DNA from: Eubacteriales bacterium | GTDB lineage: Bacteria > Bacillota > Clostridia > Oscillospirales > CAG-272 | Direction: 5' to 3' | Assembly: GCA_045656385.1 (NCBI GenBank) | Contig: JAZORB010000219.1 | Location: 1-37,522 of the forward strand | DNA length: 37,522 bases | Shown: one piece after another, positions 36,218 to 37,522 of the stretch | Position numbering within the stretch: the stretch's first letter is position 1 | Layout: every line of letters begins with the position of its first letter | Translations under genes and position numbers: made by a program | The notes under the pieces: model-generated | What the model was told of the DNA's origin: nothing | Seen by the model: only the letters and a program-made list of their open reading frames with translations | Database searches by the model: none

Positions 36218-36784
36218 ATGTCTAGAATTGGTAGAAACCCCATCACCCTCCCCGCAGGCGTTGAAGTTAAGGCTGAAGCAGGTCTCGTAACTGTTAAGGG
36301 CCCCCGCGGTACTCTCACTGAGAAGATCTCTGAGAGAATGACTGTTAAGGTTGAGGCAGGCGTTCTTACTGTTGAGCGTCCCACCGATGAGAAGGCTGAC
36401 AGAAGCCTCCACGGTCTCACCCGTACACTTATCAACAACATGGTTATCGGCGTAACCGAGGGTTACACCCGCGTACTTGAGATTCACGGTACCGGTTACA
36501 GAGCAACCATGCAGGGTAATAACCTTCTCCTTTACGTAGGTCACTCCCTCGTAAACGGAAAGCCCCAGGCAAAGTTCACAATCGCTCAGCCCGAAGGCAT
36601 CACCTTCGAGGTTGCAGAGAAGGTCGTTCCGATCACCATTACCATCAAGGGTAACAGCAAGCAGGCAGTTGGCCAGATCGCAGCAGTTATCCGCGGTAAG
36701 AGACCTCCCGAGCCTTACCACCAGAAGGGTATCCGTTACGCAGGCGAAAATGTCCGTCGTAAGGAAATGAAGAAGAAGAACTAA
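36218..36784 (+). CDS. rplF: 50S ribosomal protein L6
   Basis: MSRIG, VKGPRG, HGLTR..NMVIGV and PEPY..KGIRY. Confidence 0.98.
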   Translation: MSRIGRNPITLPAGVEVKAEAGLVTVKGPRGTLTEKISERMTVKVEAGVLTVERPTDEKADRSLHGLTRTLINNMVIGVTEGYTRVLEIHGTGYRATMQGNNLLLYVGHSLVNGKPQAKFTIAQPEGITFEVAEKVVPITITIKGNSKQAVGQIAAVIRGKRPPEPYHQKGIRYAGENVRRKEMKKKN

Positions 36785-36803
36785 GAGAGAGGAGTAAAGA
36801 ACA

Positions 36804-37160
36804 ATGGTATCTAAGAAGGATAAGAACGCAGCGCGTATCAAGAGACATACCAGAGTCAGAGCAAAGATCTCCGGCACCACCGAGCGTCCTCGTCTCGCTG
36901 TATATCGTTCCACTAACAATATCAGCGCGCAGATCATCGACGATGTCAAGGGCATCACTCTTGTAAGTGCTTCTTCCTACGAGAAGGAATTTGAAGTTGG
37001 CGGCAACAAAGAGGCTGCCAAGAAGGTCGGCAAGCTCGTTGCCGAAAGAGCAATCGAAAAGGGTATCACCGAAGTCGTATTCGACCGCGGCGGCTATCTT
37101 TATCACGGACGTGTATCGGAACTGGCTGACGGCGCTCGCGAGGGCGGCCTGAAGTTCTGA
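36804..37160 (+). CDS. rplR: 50S ribosomal protein L18
   Basis: [15 protein letters not shown] and [14 protein letters not shown]. Confidence 0.99.
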   Translation: MVSKKDKNAARIKRHTRVRAKISGTTERPRLAVYRSTNNISAQIIDDVKGITLVSASSYEKEFEVGGNKEAAKKVGKLVAERAIEKGITEVVFDRGGYLYHGRVSELADGAREGGLKF

Positions 37161-37228
37161 GTCTTCGGACTGACTTCCGGTTTGTACACTGTTCAACTAA
37201 AATTAATTGAACATTTCAGGAGATTAAA

Positions 37229-37494
37229 ATGGCATTCAGAAACAATAATTACGAGGAAAAGCAGTATATTGAGAACCTCGTAGCACTGAACCGTGTTTCC
37301 AAGACCGTTAAAGGTGGACGTATCGCCCGCTTCGCAGCTCTTATGGTAGTAGGCGACGGCCACGGCCACGTTGGCGTAGGTATCGGCAAGGCTGCCGAAG
37401 TTACCGAGGCCATCCGCAAAGGTGTTGAAGACGCAAAGAAGAATATGATCACCGTATCCCTTAAGGGCACCACCATTCCTCACGAGGTTCTTGG
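37229..37494 (+). CDS. rpsE: 30S ribosomal protein S5, 5' part (truncated, absent from the ORF track)
   Basis: ATG 37229 follows AGGAG and reads [21 protein letters not shown]...AIRKG...TIPHEVLG. Homology stops at the adapter. Confidence 0.96.
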
Positions 37495-37522
37495 AAGTCG
37501 GATCGTAGCCATGTCGTTCTGT
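37495..37522 (+). other. MGI/BGI DNBSEQ library adapter (assembly contaminant)
   Basis: AAGTCGGATCGTAGCCATGTCGTTCTGT is the first 28 nt of the standard MGI/BGISEQ read-2 adapter. Confidence 0.95.

Noticed and set aside
37160-37171. AGTC-TTCG-GACT tetraloop hairpin after rplR
   Set aside because: A four-pair stem is too small to support a functional claim.

Overview
Core-genome window from a Clostridia-type Firmicute. The taxonomy is inferred from gene content and protein style. In order: the distal histidine operon (hisB partial, hisH, hisA, hisF, hisIE, PHP histidinol phosphatase); a lipoprotein with an ECF-sigma-type promoter; a stand-alone CofE-like (F420-0:glutamate ligase family) gene; a dcw cluster (mraZ, rsmH, long FtsL-like, class B PBP, murE, murF, mraY, ftsW, murG, ftsQ/divIB, ftsZ) with no murD or ftsA; a nucleoside hydrolase; a 1208-aa protein with two lamin-tail-like domains and a PHP metallohydrolase core, coupled to manA; rplJ-rplL on the minus strand with an L10 leader; a membrane protein plus an HTH-WCX regulator lacking its WYL domain; and the S10-spc ribosomal protein operon from rpsJ to a truncated rpsE. 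The last 28 nt are MGI/BGI sequencing adapter, not genome. I see no mobile element, CRISPR array, tRNA or rRNA. Most of the window is housekeeping, and I cannot claim a proven new system. The best candidates are the LTD-PHP/manA unit, the WYL-less regulator cassette, the locally FtsA-less divisome with an atypical FtsZ tail, the orphan CofE-like ligase, and structured RNAs and insertions in the ribosomal protein operon.
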